The position numbers were made by a program, and so were the translations under genes. Below, piece by piece: positions 29,480 to 39,485 of a stretch of 64,000 nt of DNA (its first letter is position 1; the number at the start of each line of letters is the position of its first letter). The notes under the pieces are model-generated. The model ran no database searches, had not been told where the DNA came from, and saw only the letters and a list, made by a program, of their open reading frames with translations. Location of the stretch: NCBI GenBank assembly GCA_963814585.1, contig CAWFDF010000004.1:544001-608000 (forward strand), read 5' to 3'. This DNA comes from an uncultured delta proteobacterium. Its GTDB lineage: Bacteria; Myxococcota; Myxococcia; Myxococcales; Anaeromyxobacteraceae.

Positions 29480-30418
29480 CTAGGGATGCCGGGGTCGGGC
29501 TGCCCGCTCCTTCACCCTCAGGACCAGGACCGTCCCGGCCAGCACCAGCACCATCCCGGCCACGGCCGGCGGCGTCCACCGGTAGCCCTCGAAGAGCGTG
29601 GAGGCCAGCATGGCCACCACCGGGATGACGACCGTGGTGTAGCCGGCCCGCCCGGCGCCGATTCGCTGGAGGAGGGTGAGGTAGCTGACGAAGGCCACCA
29701 CCGAGCCGAGGATGGCCAGGTAGAGGAGCGAGAGGAGGTAGGGCGCCCGGGCGTCGAAGGCGAAGGGGACGCCTCGCAGGGCGCACCACCCCATGACCAG
29801 CAGCGCGGCATACCCCATGGCGAAGGCGGTGCCGGGCACCACGGCCACCCCGCGGCCGAAGAGCCGCTGGGAGTAGAGGTTGCCACCCGCCGCCACCAGG
29901 CTGCCGGCCACGGCGTAGGCGACTCCGACCAGCAGCCCGGCGTCGCCGCGCAGGCCGGCCAGCTCGGGCCAGAAGAGCAGGCCGACGCCAGAGACGCCCA
30001 GCACCGCGCCGACGACGACCGCGGCCGGCGCCGGCGCCCCGAAGAAGACCCGGGCGCCCAGCAGGTTCCAGAACACCATGAAGGCGAACAGAACCGCCAC
30101 CAGGCCCGAGGTCAGGGAGGCCTCGGCCCGGTAGACCAGGACGTAGTTGAGCCCGAAGAGCAGCAGGCCGAGGACCGCGAAGCCCAGGTGGTCGCGGCCG
30201 CCGTAGCGGAGCGGGATCCGGCGCAGCCCGCACCAGGCGAGCAGCAGCGCCGAGGCCACCGCGAAGCGCCAGGCCACCGAGACCTCGGGCTCGACCAGCC
30301 CGAGCTGGAACTTGATGACCAGCCAGGTGGTGCCCCAGATGAAGGACGGGATGGCGAAGAGCAGCAGGCCGCTGGCGCCGGGCGGGCGGGTGGTGCCGCT
30401 GGGCGGGGCGGGATTCAA
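29480..30418 (-). CDS. EamA/DMT family permease
   Basis: IWGTTWLVIK, WRF, YLAILGSVVAF; about 10 TM segments. TTG start uncertain. Confidence 0.88.
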   Translation of the reverse strand: MNPAPPSGTTRPPGASGLLLFAIPSFIWGTTWLVIKFQLGLVEPEVSVAWRFAVASALLLAWCGLRRIPLRYGGRDHLGFAVLGLLLFGLNYVLVYRAEASLTSGLVAVLFAFMVFWNLLGARVFFGAPAPAAVVVGAVLGVSGVGLLFWPELAGLRGDAGLLVGVAYAVAGSLVAAGGNLYSQRLFGRGVAVVPGTAFAMGYAALLVMGWCALRGVPFAFDARAPYLLSLLYLAILGSVVAFVSYLTLLQRIGAGRAGYTTVVIPVVAMLASTLFEGYRWTPPAVAGMVLVLAGTVLVLRVKERAARPRHP

Positions 30419-30656
30419 GTCGGGAGGCCTTCCGTGAGAGGGACCACATCGTAGCCCGGCTGGGGGACGCGGGTAGCTTCCCCCGTCCGGGTGTGGCTTC
30501 CTTCGGATGAACCGCACGGGGCGATCTCAAGGTGGCTTGGGACCGCTGCGGCCCAAGGTCGAGACGAAGACCCCGGGTCGTCGCGAGAGGTAATGTCACC
30601 ATGCGGTAGCGTGACAGCATGATCGGCGCTTCTTGACTCAACGAGGCTGACCCCAC

Positions 30657-31505
30657 ATGGCGAAGAAGCGTCACCACTTCTCGGTCCGGACACGTGGAGG
30701 AGCATCAGGACCCGAGGATGAACCTGCCTTCCTGCCAGAGGTTGGACCGCGTCCCGGCGCGCGGTTCTACCAGGCCGAGTACCTCACGGCGCGCAGGCAC
30801 CTCGACAATCACGGAGGGGTCAACCTGGTCAGCGTCCTGGAGCTGGGCCGTCAGGCGCAAGGCTGGCTGACAGGCGAGGTGGGGATGGTGTGGGACCGGC
30901 CCGAGGTGCCTCGCGTGGCGTGCCTGGAGGACTGCGCCTGGTGCTGTTCACTTGCGGTGTCGGCGTGGCCCCTGGAGCTGATCGCCCTTGCCTCCTGGCT
31001 CGAGGAGCGCCGCAGTCCCCACGAGCTCGCGGAACTGCGGGTCCGGCTTCGCGCCGCGGTGGTCGAAGGCGATCGGCAGCGGGCCGCGGCCCCCAGCCGG
31101 GCCCGACGCGTCGCTTGCCCACTTCTCGCAGGAGCGAAGTGTAGTGCCTACGAAATGCGGCCGGCGGCGTGTGTCGGCTGGAACTCGGCGAACGCCTCGA
31201 CATGCCAAGCCTACACGGAAGGCGACGATGAAGCTCACTGCACCGTGGAGCCGCTCCGCTTCTTCTCCGCGCGGGCCGTGTCGGAGGCGGCCGCCGCGGC
31301 CGTGGCAGACTGCGGGGGCCCGGCCTTCGACAGCTCCGGGAATGGCCCGGGCGGCCCGCTGGACCTGTCGTCCGGCCTCCTGGCCGTGCTCGAGCTCGGG
31401 TCGGTCGGGGCGGCCGAGGCGTGGCTGGCTGGCTCGCCATTCCTCGCCGCGGCGCGAGAGCGAATGGAGCGGCCGCCGCCGTTCACCCCACAAGATGCAG
31501 GGTAG
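30657..31505 (+). CDS. YkgJ/FliB-like Cys-cluster (CxxxCxxCC) protein
   Basis: ACLEDCAWCC ... CPLL...CSAYEMRPAAC. Confidence 0.75.
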   Translation: MAKKRHHFSVRTRGGASGPEDEPAFLPEVGPRPGARFYQAEYLTARRHLDNHGGVNLVSVLELGRQAQGWLTGEVGMVWDRPEVPRVACLEDCAWCCSLAVSAWPLELIALASWLEERRSPHELAELRVRLRAAVVEGDRQRAAAPSRARRVACPLLAGAKCSAYEMRPAACVGWNSANASTCQAYTEGDDEAHCTVEPLRFFSARAVSEAAAAAVADCGGPAFDSSGNGPGGPLDLSSGLLAVLELGSVGAAEAWLAGSPFLAAARERMERPPPFTPQDAG

Positions 31506-31562
31506 GTGGAAGACTGGTCGGGGATAGGATGGTGGCAGGCCCCTCGGGAGCGCCGCCGATCA

Positions 31563-33860
31563 TCACCCGTGCGTGACCCGCATGTAGAGCAGCGGCAGCT
31601 TCTCGGGGAGGCGACCGATGTGGTCGACGACCATGTAGTTCCTCTCTCCGAAGATCTGCTTCACGTAGTCGTCCGCCTTGGGGTCCAGCGTCATGCAGAA
31701 GGTGTGGACCCCTTGCCTGGCCAGGGACTGGACCGCCTTCCTGGTGTCAGCCCTCAGGTACCTGGGATCGCGAACGTCGATGTCAGACGGCTCGCCGTCG
31801 GTGATCAGCAGCACGAGCTTGCGCGCAGACCGCCTGAGCTTCAGGAACTGACCGGCGTGACGCAGCGCAGCGCCCATCCGGGTCGACAGCCTCCCGCGCA
31901 TGCCCGCGAGCCGCTCCTTGGCGGCGTCGTCGTAGGGCCGGTCGAAGTCCTTGAGCCGGAAGTACTCGACCTCGTGTCGCCCGTTCGAGGAGAAGCCATG
32001 GATGGCGAACGGATCGCCAATCTGGCTCATGGCGTCTGCCAGGAGCACGGTGGCTTCTCGCGAGAGGTCGAGCACGGAGGTGAACGTGCCTGGCACCCTG
32101 TCGTTGGTTGACTCGGACAGGTCGAGGAGGACCAGCACGGCGAGGTCACGCCCGCGCCGGCCCACCTTGACGTGGACTCGCGGATCAGGCGTCTGCTGGC
32201 TGCGGATGTCTATCAGTGCGACGATCGCTGCGTCGAGGTCGAGGTCGTCGCCGTCCTGCTGTCGGCGGCGCTTGATGGGCTTCTGAACCTGGACCGCTCG
32301 CACCATGCTCCGGACCTGTTCCACCAAGGCGTGCCGTCGCAGGAGGATGTCCTCGACGGACGCGAGGGGGGCGTGCGGTGACAGCTTCTCGATGACGGTG
32401 GACCATGCCGGACGCTCGGCAGCGATGAGGTAGTCCCACTCCGGGTACCTCACCGGCGGAGACAAGGACTCGACCTCCGGCTCCACCGCGACCAATGACC
32501 GCTGGTCCTGGCCTTCCGCGGAAGGCGTCGGCTCCGATGGCTGGCCGACATCGAGGTCCACTGCGGCGGCACCAATCTCCGGACGAACGGATTCGAGTTC
32601 CCCGTGCTCCTGCCGGATCTGCTCCCGGTCCTCTTCGGAGAACTCCCAGAGATAGCGATTGTCGTCCCGGTAGCTCGGTTCGACGACGTAGGTCTTCGAG
32701 TTGAAGCGGACGCGCATCTGTCCGACGTCGTTGCCCAGGACCGAGGCGATCTGGCGGATGGCCGCGTAGTCCTCGATACTGGAGAGGCTTTCCTGGAAGA
32801 GCGTCCGGCCCTTGTTGACCCAGTAGTTGTCGTCCTCGTAGGAGGGGTCGATCAACGCGCGGGCCAGGCGGCGAGCGAGGGACTCGAACCCCAGGTCCCT
32901 GCTGGGAACGGCGGTGTGGAGGCGGCTCCAGAGACGGCGGAGCCCAGGATACTCGCGAATCAGCAGGTGCTCGACCCGTGCGTCCTCGAGGAGCGAGACG
33001 ACCGCAATGGCCATGGGCTTGAGCCTGCCTACGGGCTGACGAGCGGGCGAGAACCGCAGGTGGGCAAGCCCGTGGGCCAGCGCGGCGCGGTACTGGTCAT
33101 CTCCCGACGCGCTCACCGTGGGCGGATAGGCATCGGGGACATGAAGGGTCCTGGCCTCGAGAAACGGCCTGGGCTCCTGTTCGAGCTGGTTCCTTCCGAC
33201 GGATGCCCTCACCTGGATTGCCTGGTTCGACAAGGCCCGCAGGTACAAGCCGAGCCGACGCTGGACGTTGGCGAACAACGTCCCGTCGCTCTCTGCACGA
33301 AGGGCCGCCGCGGCCTCCTCATTCTCGAGCTTGAAATACGAATGGCGACCTTCCAGATCGTCCGGGTAGACACGAAGGCCGCGAACCATCCACCTTCTCA
33401 GGCCCGCGATGGTGAGGCGTCCAAGCAGGGTGTCCAGGCGAGAGAGAAGCAGGGAGAGTGCGGTCACGTCGATGCGTGAGCCCTCACGAACGAGCTGGAG
33501 ATAGGCGGAGAAGAGCTGTGGATCCGTGAGTCTTCGCGCGGCCAGGCCGCTGGCCGAGATGACCTGCTCGATGAAGTCGGGCTCGAATCCCTCGCGGAGC
33601 GACTGGGTCAACGCCAGCAGGCCGGCGACCGACTGGGGGCCGCTCTCTTCTGCGATGTCCGGCGCGGTCCGGATGAAGGCCGCCAGCGGCCCCATCGCTC
33701 CTACGGACTCAGCCAGCGTTCGAATGCCCTGCAGGTAGACGTCGATTCCCGTCACCCCGAACGCCTTGCAGGCCTCCGGCCAGGACGCGCGCACCACCTC
33801 CAGCGCCGGCGGAGAGAGGCCGGTGAGCGCGATCGCGTGTTGCTCGAAGTCGAGGCTCAT
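31563..33860 (-). CDS. cbbO: CbbO/NorD-family VWA adaptor, CbbO-like
   Basis: 765 aa; EDARVE, YRDDNRYLW, YPEWDY, MIDAS DLSES, STRMGAALRH, TDGEPSDID, LDPKADDYVKQIFG. Confidence 0.85.
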   Translation of the reverse strand: MSLDFEQHAIALTGLSPPALEVVRASWPEACKAFGVTGIDVYLQGIRTLAESVGAMGPLAAFIRTAPDIAEESGPQSVAGLLALTQSLREGFEPDFIEQVISASGLAARRLTDPQLFSAYLQLVREGSRIDVTALSLLLSRLDTLLGRLTIAGLRRWMVRGLRVYPDDLEGRHSYFKLENEEAAAALRAESDGTLFANVQRRLGLYLRALSNQAIQVRASVGRNQLEQEPRPFLEARTLHVPDAYPPTVSASGDDQYRAALAHGLAHLRFSPARQPVGRLKPMAIAVVSLLEDARVEHLLIREYPGLRRLWSRLHTAVPSRDLGFESLARRLARALIDPSYEDDNYWVNKGRTLFQESLSSIEDYAAIRQIASVLGNDVGQMRVRFNSKTYVVEPSYRDDNRYLWEFSEEDREQIRQEHGELESVRPEIGAAAVDLDVGQPSEPTPSAEGQDQRSLVAVEPEVESLSPPVRYPEWDYLIAAERPAWSTVIEKLSPHAPLASVEDILLRRHALVEQVRSMVRAVQVQKPIKRRRQQDGDDLDLDAAIVALIDIRSQQTPDPRVHVKVGRRGRDLAVLVLLDLSESTNDRVPGTFTSVLDLSREATVLLADAMSQIGDPFAIHGFSSNGRHEVEYFRLKDFDRPYDDAAKERLAGMRGRLSTRMGAALRHAGQFLKLRRSARKLVLLITDGEPSDIDVRDPRYLRADTRKAVQSLARQGVHTFCMTLDPKADDYVKQIFGERNYMVVDHIGRLPEKLPLLYMRVTHG

Positions 33861-33926
33861 TGCTGATGGACCCCGAAGGGAACGTGCGAAGGCAGAGAAG
33901 CCGCAGGACTCGAGTCGCCGAGAGCC

Positions 33927-34730
33927 CTAGAAGAATGCCTTGACCACCCCATCGAGGGCGTCGCGAGTATCAGCGTCGTCCGTGATCGGCCTGACCAGGG
34001 CGACCCGGCAGGCCGCGTTGGGATCGATGCCCTGGCGCATCAGCGAGCCCGCGTAGATCAGCATGCGTGTCGAGATCCCCTCGTCGAGGCCGTGCCCCTT
34101 GAGGCGACGTGACCGGCCGGCGATGCCGACCAGCTTCGCGGCAACAGCAGCCTCGACTCCGCTCTCATGGGCGACGATCTCGGCCTCGATCTCGGGCCCT
34201 GGGTAGTCGAAGTCGATGGCACCGAAGCGCTGCTTGGTGGACTGCTTGAGGTCCTTGAGAACACTCTGGTAGCCAGGGTTGTAGGAGATGGCGAGCTGGA
34301 AGTCCGGGTGGGCGTGGACCAGCTCGGCCCGCTTGTCCAGCGGCAGGACGCGCCGAGCGTCCGTGAGCGGGTGAATCACCACCGTCGTGTCCTGGCGTGC
34401 CTCCACGACTTCATCGAGATAGCAGATGCCGCCGTGGCGAGCCGCCAGGGTCAGCGGTCCATCCTGCCAGTGCGTTCCCGTGGAATCGAGCAGGAACCTG
34501 CCGACGAGGTCCGACCCGGTCATGTCCTCGTTACATGCGAGCGTGATGAGTGGCCGGCCGAGCTTCCAGGCCATGTACTCCACGAAGCGCGTCTTGCCGC
34601 AGCCGGTGGGACCCTTGAGCATCATCGGCATGCGCACTGCGTAGGCCGCCTCGTAGAGCTCGACCTCCTGGCCAATCGGCCGGTAGTAGGGCTCGTCGCG
34701 GATGAGGTACTGCTTGATGACGTCTTCCAT
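33927..34730 (-). CDS. cbbQ: CbbQ/NirQ/NorQ MoxR AAA+ ATPase, CbbQ-like
   Basis: [61 protein letters not shown]. Confidence 0.9.
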   Translation of the reverse strand: MEDVIKQYLIRDEPYYRPIGQEVELYEAAYAVRMPMMLKGPTGCGKTRFVEYMAWKLGRPLITLACNEDMTGSDLVGRFLLDSTGTHWQDGPLTLAARHGGICYLDEVVEARQDTTVVIHPLTDARRVLPLDKRAELVHAHPDFQLAISYNPGYQSVLKDLKQSTKQRFGAIDFDYPGPEIEAEIVAHESGVEAAVAAKLVGIAGRSRRLKGHGLDEGISTRMLIYAGSLMRQGIDPNAACRVALVRPITDDADTRDALDGVVKAFF

Positions 34731-34793
34731 GGCGGTTTGAGGGCCCAGCGTACCCTCCGGGACTGCGGTCCAGGGGTGCTCAACACGGGATGC

Positions 34794-34836
34794 GGGCCCC
34801 TGCGACCGGACCGGACCGGACCGGCGGCAGGGGCCC
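34794..34836. other. Stem-loop between amiE and cbbQ with a (GACCG)x4 loop
   Basis: Perfect 10-bp inverted repeat gggcccctgc / gcaggggccc flanking gaccggaccggaccggaccg. Confidence 0.55.
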
Positions 34837-34887
34837 CATCACGCCCGACGCGCCGAGCCCCGGAACTCGCGGCCCGGCTTCGGGCAA

Positions 34888-35925
34888 CTAGCGATGCTTG
34901 GTGGACTCGTTGGGAATGCCCTCGATGGGGCACTCCTCGGTGCCAACCGTCGGGCGGGTGATGGCCTCGACCATCTTCCGCGTTCCCTCCGGGTCCGTGA
35001 TCCACTTCTTGTAGAAGTCATAGGGGCAGGCGGCCACTCCGGTGTCCCCTTCGCCGGAATTGATCTTGCCGGTGAAGCCCCGGTGCAGGAGCTTGAAGAG
35101 GTGGTTCTCGGACTGGCCGTTCTTGCGGGCGTCGCGGATGAGACTCTTGGAAAGCTCCGCGTACTGGATGCCCATGTCCTCCTCGCCGCACTCACCGAGG
35201 GTACGACCGTCGAATCCGATGATGGCAGAGTGTCCGAAGTAGGAGTACACGCCATCGAACCCCGACGCGTTCGCCACCGCGACGTAGGTGTTGTTCATCC
35301 AGGCCATGGTCTTGGCGACCATCACCTGCTGGTCCTTGGCGGGATACATGTAGCCCTGGCAGCGGATGATCAGCTCGGCGCCTCGCATGGCGCAATCGCG
35401 CCAGATCTCTGGATAGTTCCCATCGTCACAGATGATGAGGCTGATCCTGAGCCCCTTGGGGCCGTCCGAGACATAGGTGCAGTTGCCGGGATACCAACCC
35501 TCGATGGGCACCCAGGGCATGATCTTGCGGTACTTCTGGACGATCTCGCCCTTGTTGTTCATGAGGATGAGCGTGTTGTACGGCGCCTTCTTGGGGTGCT
35601 CCTCGTGGCGCTCGCCGGTGAGCGAGAACACGCCCCACACGTTGGCCTTACGACAGGCCTCCGCGAAGATCTGGGTCTCCTCGCCGGGTACGGCCGCCGC
35701 CGTCTCGTACATCTCCTTCGAGTCGTACATGATCCCGTGCGTGCTGTATTCGGGGAAGATGGCCAGATCCATCCCCGGCAGGCCCGTCTTCATTCCGACC
35801 AGCATCTCCCCGATCTTCCTGGCGTTGTCGAGGACCTCCTTCTTGGTGTGCAGCCTGGGCATCTTGTAGTTCACGACAGCAACTCCGACACAGTCCTTGC
35901 TGCTGCTGATGTCACCATGCCTCAT
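34888..35925 (-). CDS. amiE: Aliphatic amidase (nitrilase superfamily)
   Basis: [53 protein letters not shown] (Glu-Lys-Cys triad); GGAG RBS; ends NESTKHR. Confidence 0.97.
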   Translation of the reverse strand: MRHGDISSSKDCVGVAVVNYKMPRLHTKKEVLDNARKIGEMLVGMKTGLPGMDLAIFPEYSTHGIMYDSKEMYETAAAVPGEETQIFAEACRKANVWGVFSLTGERHEEHPKKAPYNTLILMNNKGEIVQKYRKIMPWVPIEGWYPGNCTYVSDGPKGLRISLIICDDGNYPEIWRDCAMRGAELIIRCQGYMYPAKDQQVMVAKTMAWMNNTYVAVANASGFDGVYSYFGHSAIIGFDGRTLGECGEEDMGIQYAELSKSLIRDARKNGQSENHLFKLLHRGFTGKINSGEGDTGVAACPYDFYKKWITDPEGTRKMVEAITRPTVGTEECPIEGIPNESTKHR

Positions 35926-35956
35926 GGCGTCTCTCCTTGCTCCTAGTGAAACAGCC

Positions 35957-36646
35957 CTACACCTTCAGATATGCGCTGATCCGATCTCGATCGACGTTCT
36001 GCCGGACATCTTCATGCACGAACTCTCCTCTCTCGATGATCAAGAAGCGGTCCGCAACCTCCAGGGCGAAGCTGAGGACCTGCTCCGAGACCACCACCGT
36101 GAGATCTCGCTCGACCTTGAGCCGGTTGAGGGTCGCAGCGATCTCCTTGATGATGGACGGCTGCAGGCCCTCGGTCGGCTCGTCGAGGAGCAGAACCTTG
36201 GGATTCGTCACGAGGGCTCGGGCTATGGCCAGCATCTGCTGCTGGCCACCTGACAGGTTTCCTCCTCGACGACTGCCCATTTCCTTGAGGACCGGGAAGA
36301 ACTTGTAGACGTACTCGGGCACCTCCTTCTCCCCCGTGCATTCCAGGCCCGTGCGGACATTCTCCTCCACGGTCAAGAAGGGGAAGATCATGCGGCCCTG
36401 CGGTACGTACGCCAGGCCCTGCGCCACCCGCTCGTAGCTGGGAAGCCGAGTGATGTCCTTCCCGGCGAGCGTCACCGTCCCGCCGCGCGCAGGGAGAATC
36501 CCAATCAACGCCTTGAGCAGGGTGGTCTTTCCCATCCCGTTCCGGCCCATGATGGCCACGGTCTCGCCCTGGCGGACGTCGAAGCTCGCGCCGCGGATGG
36601 CCTGGCTCTGGCCATAGCTGACGATGAATTTGTCGACTCTGAGCAT
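35957..36646 (-). CDS. urtE: Urea/amide ABC transporter ATPase UrtE
   Basis: [35 protein letters not shown]. Confidence 0.9.
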   Translation of the reverse strand: MLRVDKFIVSYGQSQAIRGASFDVRQGETVAIMGRNGMGKTTLLKALIGILPARGGTVTLAGKDITRLPSYERVAQGLAYVPQGRMIFPFLTVEENVRTGLECTGEKEVPEYVYKFFPVLKEMGSRRGGNLSGGQQQMLAIARALVTNPKVLLLDEPTEGLQPSIIKEIAATLNRLKVERDLTVVVSEQVLSFALEVADRFLIIERGEFVHEDVRQNVDRDRISAYLKV

Positions 36647-36654
36647 GTTCGAGA

Positions 36655-37389
36655 TCAGTGCCCCAGATACACTTCGATGACTCGCTCGTCGGCCTGCACC
36701 TGCTCCATCGGCCCCTCGCTCAGCAGCTTGCCCTGGTGCAGGACGGTCACCTTTCGGGCAATCGCCTGCACGAACTCCATGTCGTGCTCGATGACCACGA
36801 GCGACCGCCCCTTCGCGATCCTCTTGAGAAGGTCTGCCGTCTTCTCCCGCTCGCGGATGCTCATCCCGGCCACAGGCTCGTCCAGCAGCAGGAGAGCCGG
36901 CTCCTGCATGAGCAGCATCCCGATCTCCAGCCACTGCTTCTGGCCGTGGCTCAGGACGCCGGCCTTGGTCTGGAGATGCTCCGACAGGTAGACCTCGGCT
37001 GCCACCTCCTCGATCCGGTCGGTGACCTTCGAGCCACGCTTGAAGAAGAGCGAGCCGAGGACCCCCCTTCCCTGGGGATATGAGATCTCCAGATTCTCGA
37101 GGACCGTCAGGTCCTCGTAGGTGGATGGCGTCTGGAACTTGCGCCCCACGCCGGCGCGCACGATCTCGTGCTCGCCGAGTCTGGTGATGTCGATGTCGTT
37201 GAACCGGATTCGGCCGTGCGCCGGCCTCGTCTTCCCGCAGATCATGTCCAGCAGGGTCGTCTTTCCCGCCCCGTTCGGCCCGATGACGACGCGCAGCTCG
37301 TCCTGGTCGACCGACAGGGTCAGCGAGTCGACGGCGAGGAAGCCGTCGAAGGAGACGCTCAGATCCTCGATGGAGAGTATCGGCGTCAC
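36655..37389 (-). CDS. urtD: Urea/amide ABC transporter ATPase UrtD
   Basis: GPNGAGKTT, GRKFQTP, LSHGQKQWLEIGM, LDEPVAGM, EHDM. Confidence 0.92.
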   Translation of the reverse strand: MTPILSIEDLSVSFDGFLAVDSLTLSVDQDELRVVIGPNGAGKTTLLDMICGKTRPAHGRIRFNDIDITRLGEHEIVRAGVGRKFQTPSTYEDLTVLENLEISYPQGRGVLGSLFFKRGSKVTDRIEEVAAEVYLSEHLQTKAGVLSHGQKQWLEIGMLLMQEPALLLLDEPVAGMSIREREKTADLLKRIAKGRSLVVIEHDMEFVQAIARKVTVLHQGKLLSEGPMEQVQADERVIEVYLGH

Positions 37390-38438
37390 GTGGCGGTCTC
37401 CGGCCTCCGCCTCGCCTTGAGCTGGCCGAGGACCCCCGCAAAGCCGTTGGGCATGACCAGCACCGCGAAGATGAAGAGCCCTCCGATGAAGAAGAGCCAC
37501 ACCTCGGCGAAGTTCTCCGAGATCAGCGACCGGGCGAAGCCGACCACCAGCGCACCGGCGACCGCGCCAACGACGGAGGTCCGGCCACCCACGGCGGCGT
37601 AGATGACCATCTCCACCGAGGCGACCACTCCGATGAGCGTCGGGGTGATGAGACCGACCTGCAGCGAGTAGATGGCCCCGCCCACGGAAGCGAACAGCGC
37701 CCCGACGGTGAACGCGAAGGCCTTGAACAGCGCGGTGTCGTAACCGGAGAAGCGGACTCGATCCTCCCGGTCCCGGATGGCCACCAGGACCTTTCCAAGC
37801 CGGCTGCGAACGATGAAGGTGCTCGCGCCCATGACGATGAACAGCAGTCCGACCTCGATGAAGTAGAGGATCAACCTGGCTCGTTCGTTGTTGATGTCCC
37901 ACCCGAGGAAGGTCTTGAAGTCGGTGATGCCATTGGCGCCGCCGGTGTAGCCCTGCTGCCCCACCACCATCACCGTCGCGGCCAGGGCGAGTGCCAGCGT
38001 GATGATTGCAAAGTAGACGCCCCCGACCCGCTTCCGGAACTGGGCATAGGCGAGCACGAAGGCGATGACGCAGGGGACGACGATGATGGAGACCAGCGTG
38101 ATCGGGAGTGAGTGGTAGAGGTCCCACCACCAGGGCAGGGTCTCGGTGCTGCTCCAGACCATGAAGTCCGGGAGCTCTGGCGCCGACGCCTCGAGCTTGA
38201 GGAACATGGCCATGAAGTAGCCGCCGATACCGAAGAAGAGGCCTTGGCCAAGGCTCAGGATGCCGCCATAGCCCCAGGCGAGGACCACGCCGACAGCCAC
38301 GAACGCGAAGGCCAGGTACTTGCTCACCAGGCCGAGACGGAAGTCGTCCAGCGCCATGGGAAAGACAACCAGCAGGATCACCGCGAGAGCCAGGTATCCC
38401 CGAAACTCCGAGTCCCTGGCGAGACCCCGGAGCTTCAC
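37386..38438 (-). CDS. urtC: Urea/amide ABC permease UrtC
   Basis: WGYGGILSLGQG, LPDFMVW, GVYFAII, AIRDREDRVRFSGY; 4-bp overlaps with both neighbours. Confidence 0.92.
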   Translation of the reverse strand: MKLRGLARDSEFRGYLALAVILLVVFPMALDDFRLGLVSKYLAFAFVAVGVVLAWGYGGILSLGQGLFFGIGGYFMAMFLKLEASAPELPDFMVWSSTETLPWWWDLYHSLPITLVSIIVVPCVIAFVLAYAQFRKRVGGVYFAIITLALALAATVMVVGQQGYTGGANGITDFKTFLGWDINNERARLILYFIEVGLLFIVMGASTFIVRSRLGKVLVAIRDREDRVRFSGYDTALFKAFAFTVGALFASVGGAIYSLQVGLITPTLIGVVASVEMVIYAAVGGRTSVVGAVAGALVVGFARSLISENFAEVWLFFIGGLFIFAVLVMPNGFAGVLGQLKARRRPETAT

Positions 38439-39343
38439 TGCCGCACCTTGGAAGCAAACAGGCCGTTGGGTCGGAAGTAGAGGACCGTGATCACCGCCAG
38501 CAGGATCGAGACCCTCGCCATGGAACCACTGAGGAGGAACTCGAGGAACGACTGTGCCGACGCGATGACGAATCCCGAAGCGAAGGTGCCCACCAGGCTC
38601 TGCACGCCTCCGAAGATGACGACGATGAAGGAGTCGACGATGTACAGCTGTCCCGTGAGCGGGTTCGTCGAGCCGATCATCGTGAATGCGCTCCCGGCGA
38701 TCCCCGCCAGCCCCGAGCCGAGGGCGAAGGTCATCGCGTCGACGCGACCGGTGTTGATGCCCACCGCCCCGCTCATGGCTCGATTCTGCGTCACCGCTCG
38801 AATGCGCAGTCCCCAGCGGGTCCGGAAGAGCAGGAAGTACACTCCTCCCGATACCAGGAGGGTCAGCCAGATGATGAACATCCGGTTGAGGGGCAGCTGG
38901 ATTCCGGCGATCGGCTCCCAGGCGCCCGTGAGCCAGGTCGTCATCGGAACGCTGACTTCCTGCGGACCGAAGCCGGAGCGGTAGGCCTGCTGAAGGACCA
39001 GGCTCAGGCCCCAGGTCGCGAGGAGCGTGTCCAGCGGTCGATTGTAGAGGAAGCGGATGAACCCTCGCTCGAGGAGATAGCCGACGGCGAATGTCACCAG
39101 GAACGCCAGGGCGATTCCGAAGAAGATGTACAGCCCCATCAGCGACGGCAGGTGCTTGTTGAAGAAGGTCGCCGTGAAGTAGGTGACGTAGGCCCCCAGC
39201 GCCATGAGTTCGCCGTGGGCCATGTTGATGACGCCCATGAGGCCGAACACGATGGCGAGTCCCAGGGCCATCAGCACCAGGATCGTGAACAGGCTGATGC
39301 CCGAGAAGACCTGCATCGCCGCCACGTCGATGTCGAAATTCAT
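38435..39343 (-). CDS. urtB: Urea/amide ABC permease UrtB
   Basis: ALGLAIVFGLMGVINMAHGE, RPLDTLLATWG, IRAVTQNR. Confidence 0.92.
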   Translation of the reverse strand: MNFDIDVAAMQVFSGISLFTILVLMALGLAIVFGLMGVINMAHGELMALGAYVTYFTATFFNKHLPSLMGLYIFFGIALAFLVTFAVGYLLERGFIRFLYNRPLDTLLATWGLSLVLQQAYRSGFGPQEVSVPMTTWLTGAWEPIAGIQLPLNRMFIIWLTLLVSGGVYFLLFRTRWGLRIRAVTQNRAMSGAVGINTGRVDAMTFALGSGLAGIAGSAFTMIGSTNPLTGQLYIVDSFIVVIFGGVQSLVGTFASGFVIASAQSFLEFLLSGSMARVSILLAVITVLYFRPNGLFASKVRQ

Positions 39344-39405
39344 GTCGAGTGTCCGCTCATGGAGTGCCGTCCTCTCCGTCGCCTGGAGCGCGCTGTCCTC
39401 GTAGG

Positions 39406-39443
39406 TCCGGCGGCACCGTTCTACTGGAAGCGGTGCCGCCGGA
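39406..39443. other. Intercistronic stem-loop after urtA (mRNA stabiliser or attenuator)
   Basis: 13-bp perfect inverted repeat tccggcggcaccg / cggtgccgccgga. Confidence 0.65.
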
Positions 39444-39485
39444 GTTCTTCATGCCTGGGCCCGGACTCGTGGACCGCGGAGGACC

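Noticed and set aside
30420..30660. Integrase, tRNA or att site at the island boundary
   Set aside because: No tRNA-like sequence was seen, and no direct repeat matching the ~48.7-48.9 kb end was found by eye.
31563..34730. Interpretation as norQ/norD (denitrification) or as part of a Calvin-cycle operon
   Set aside because: No norBC, Rubisco or prk in the window, and the motifs are CbbQ/O-like. A distant client elsewhere in the genome cannot be excluded.
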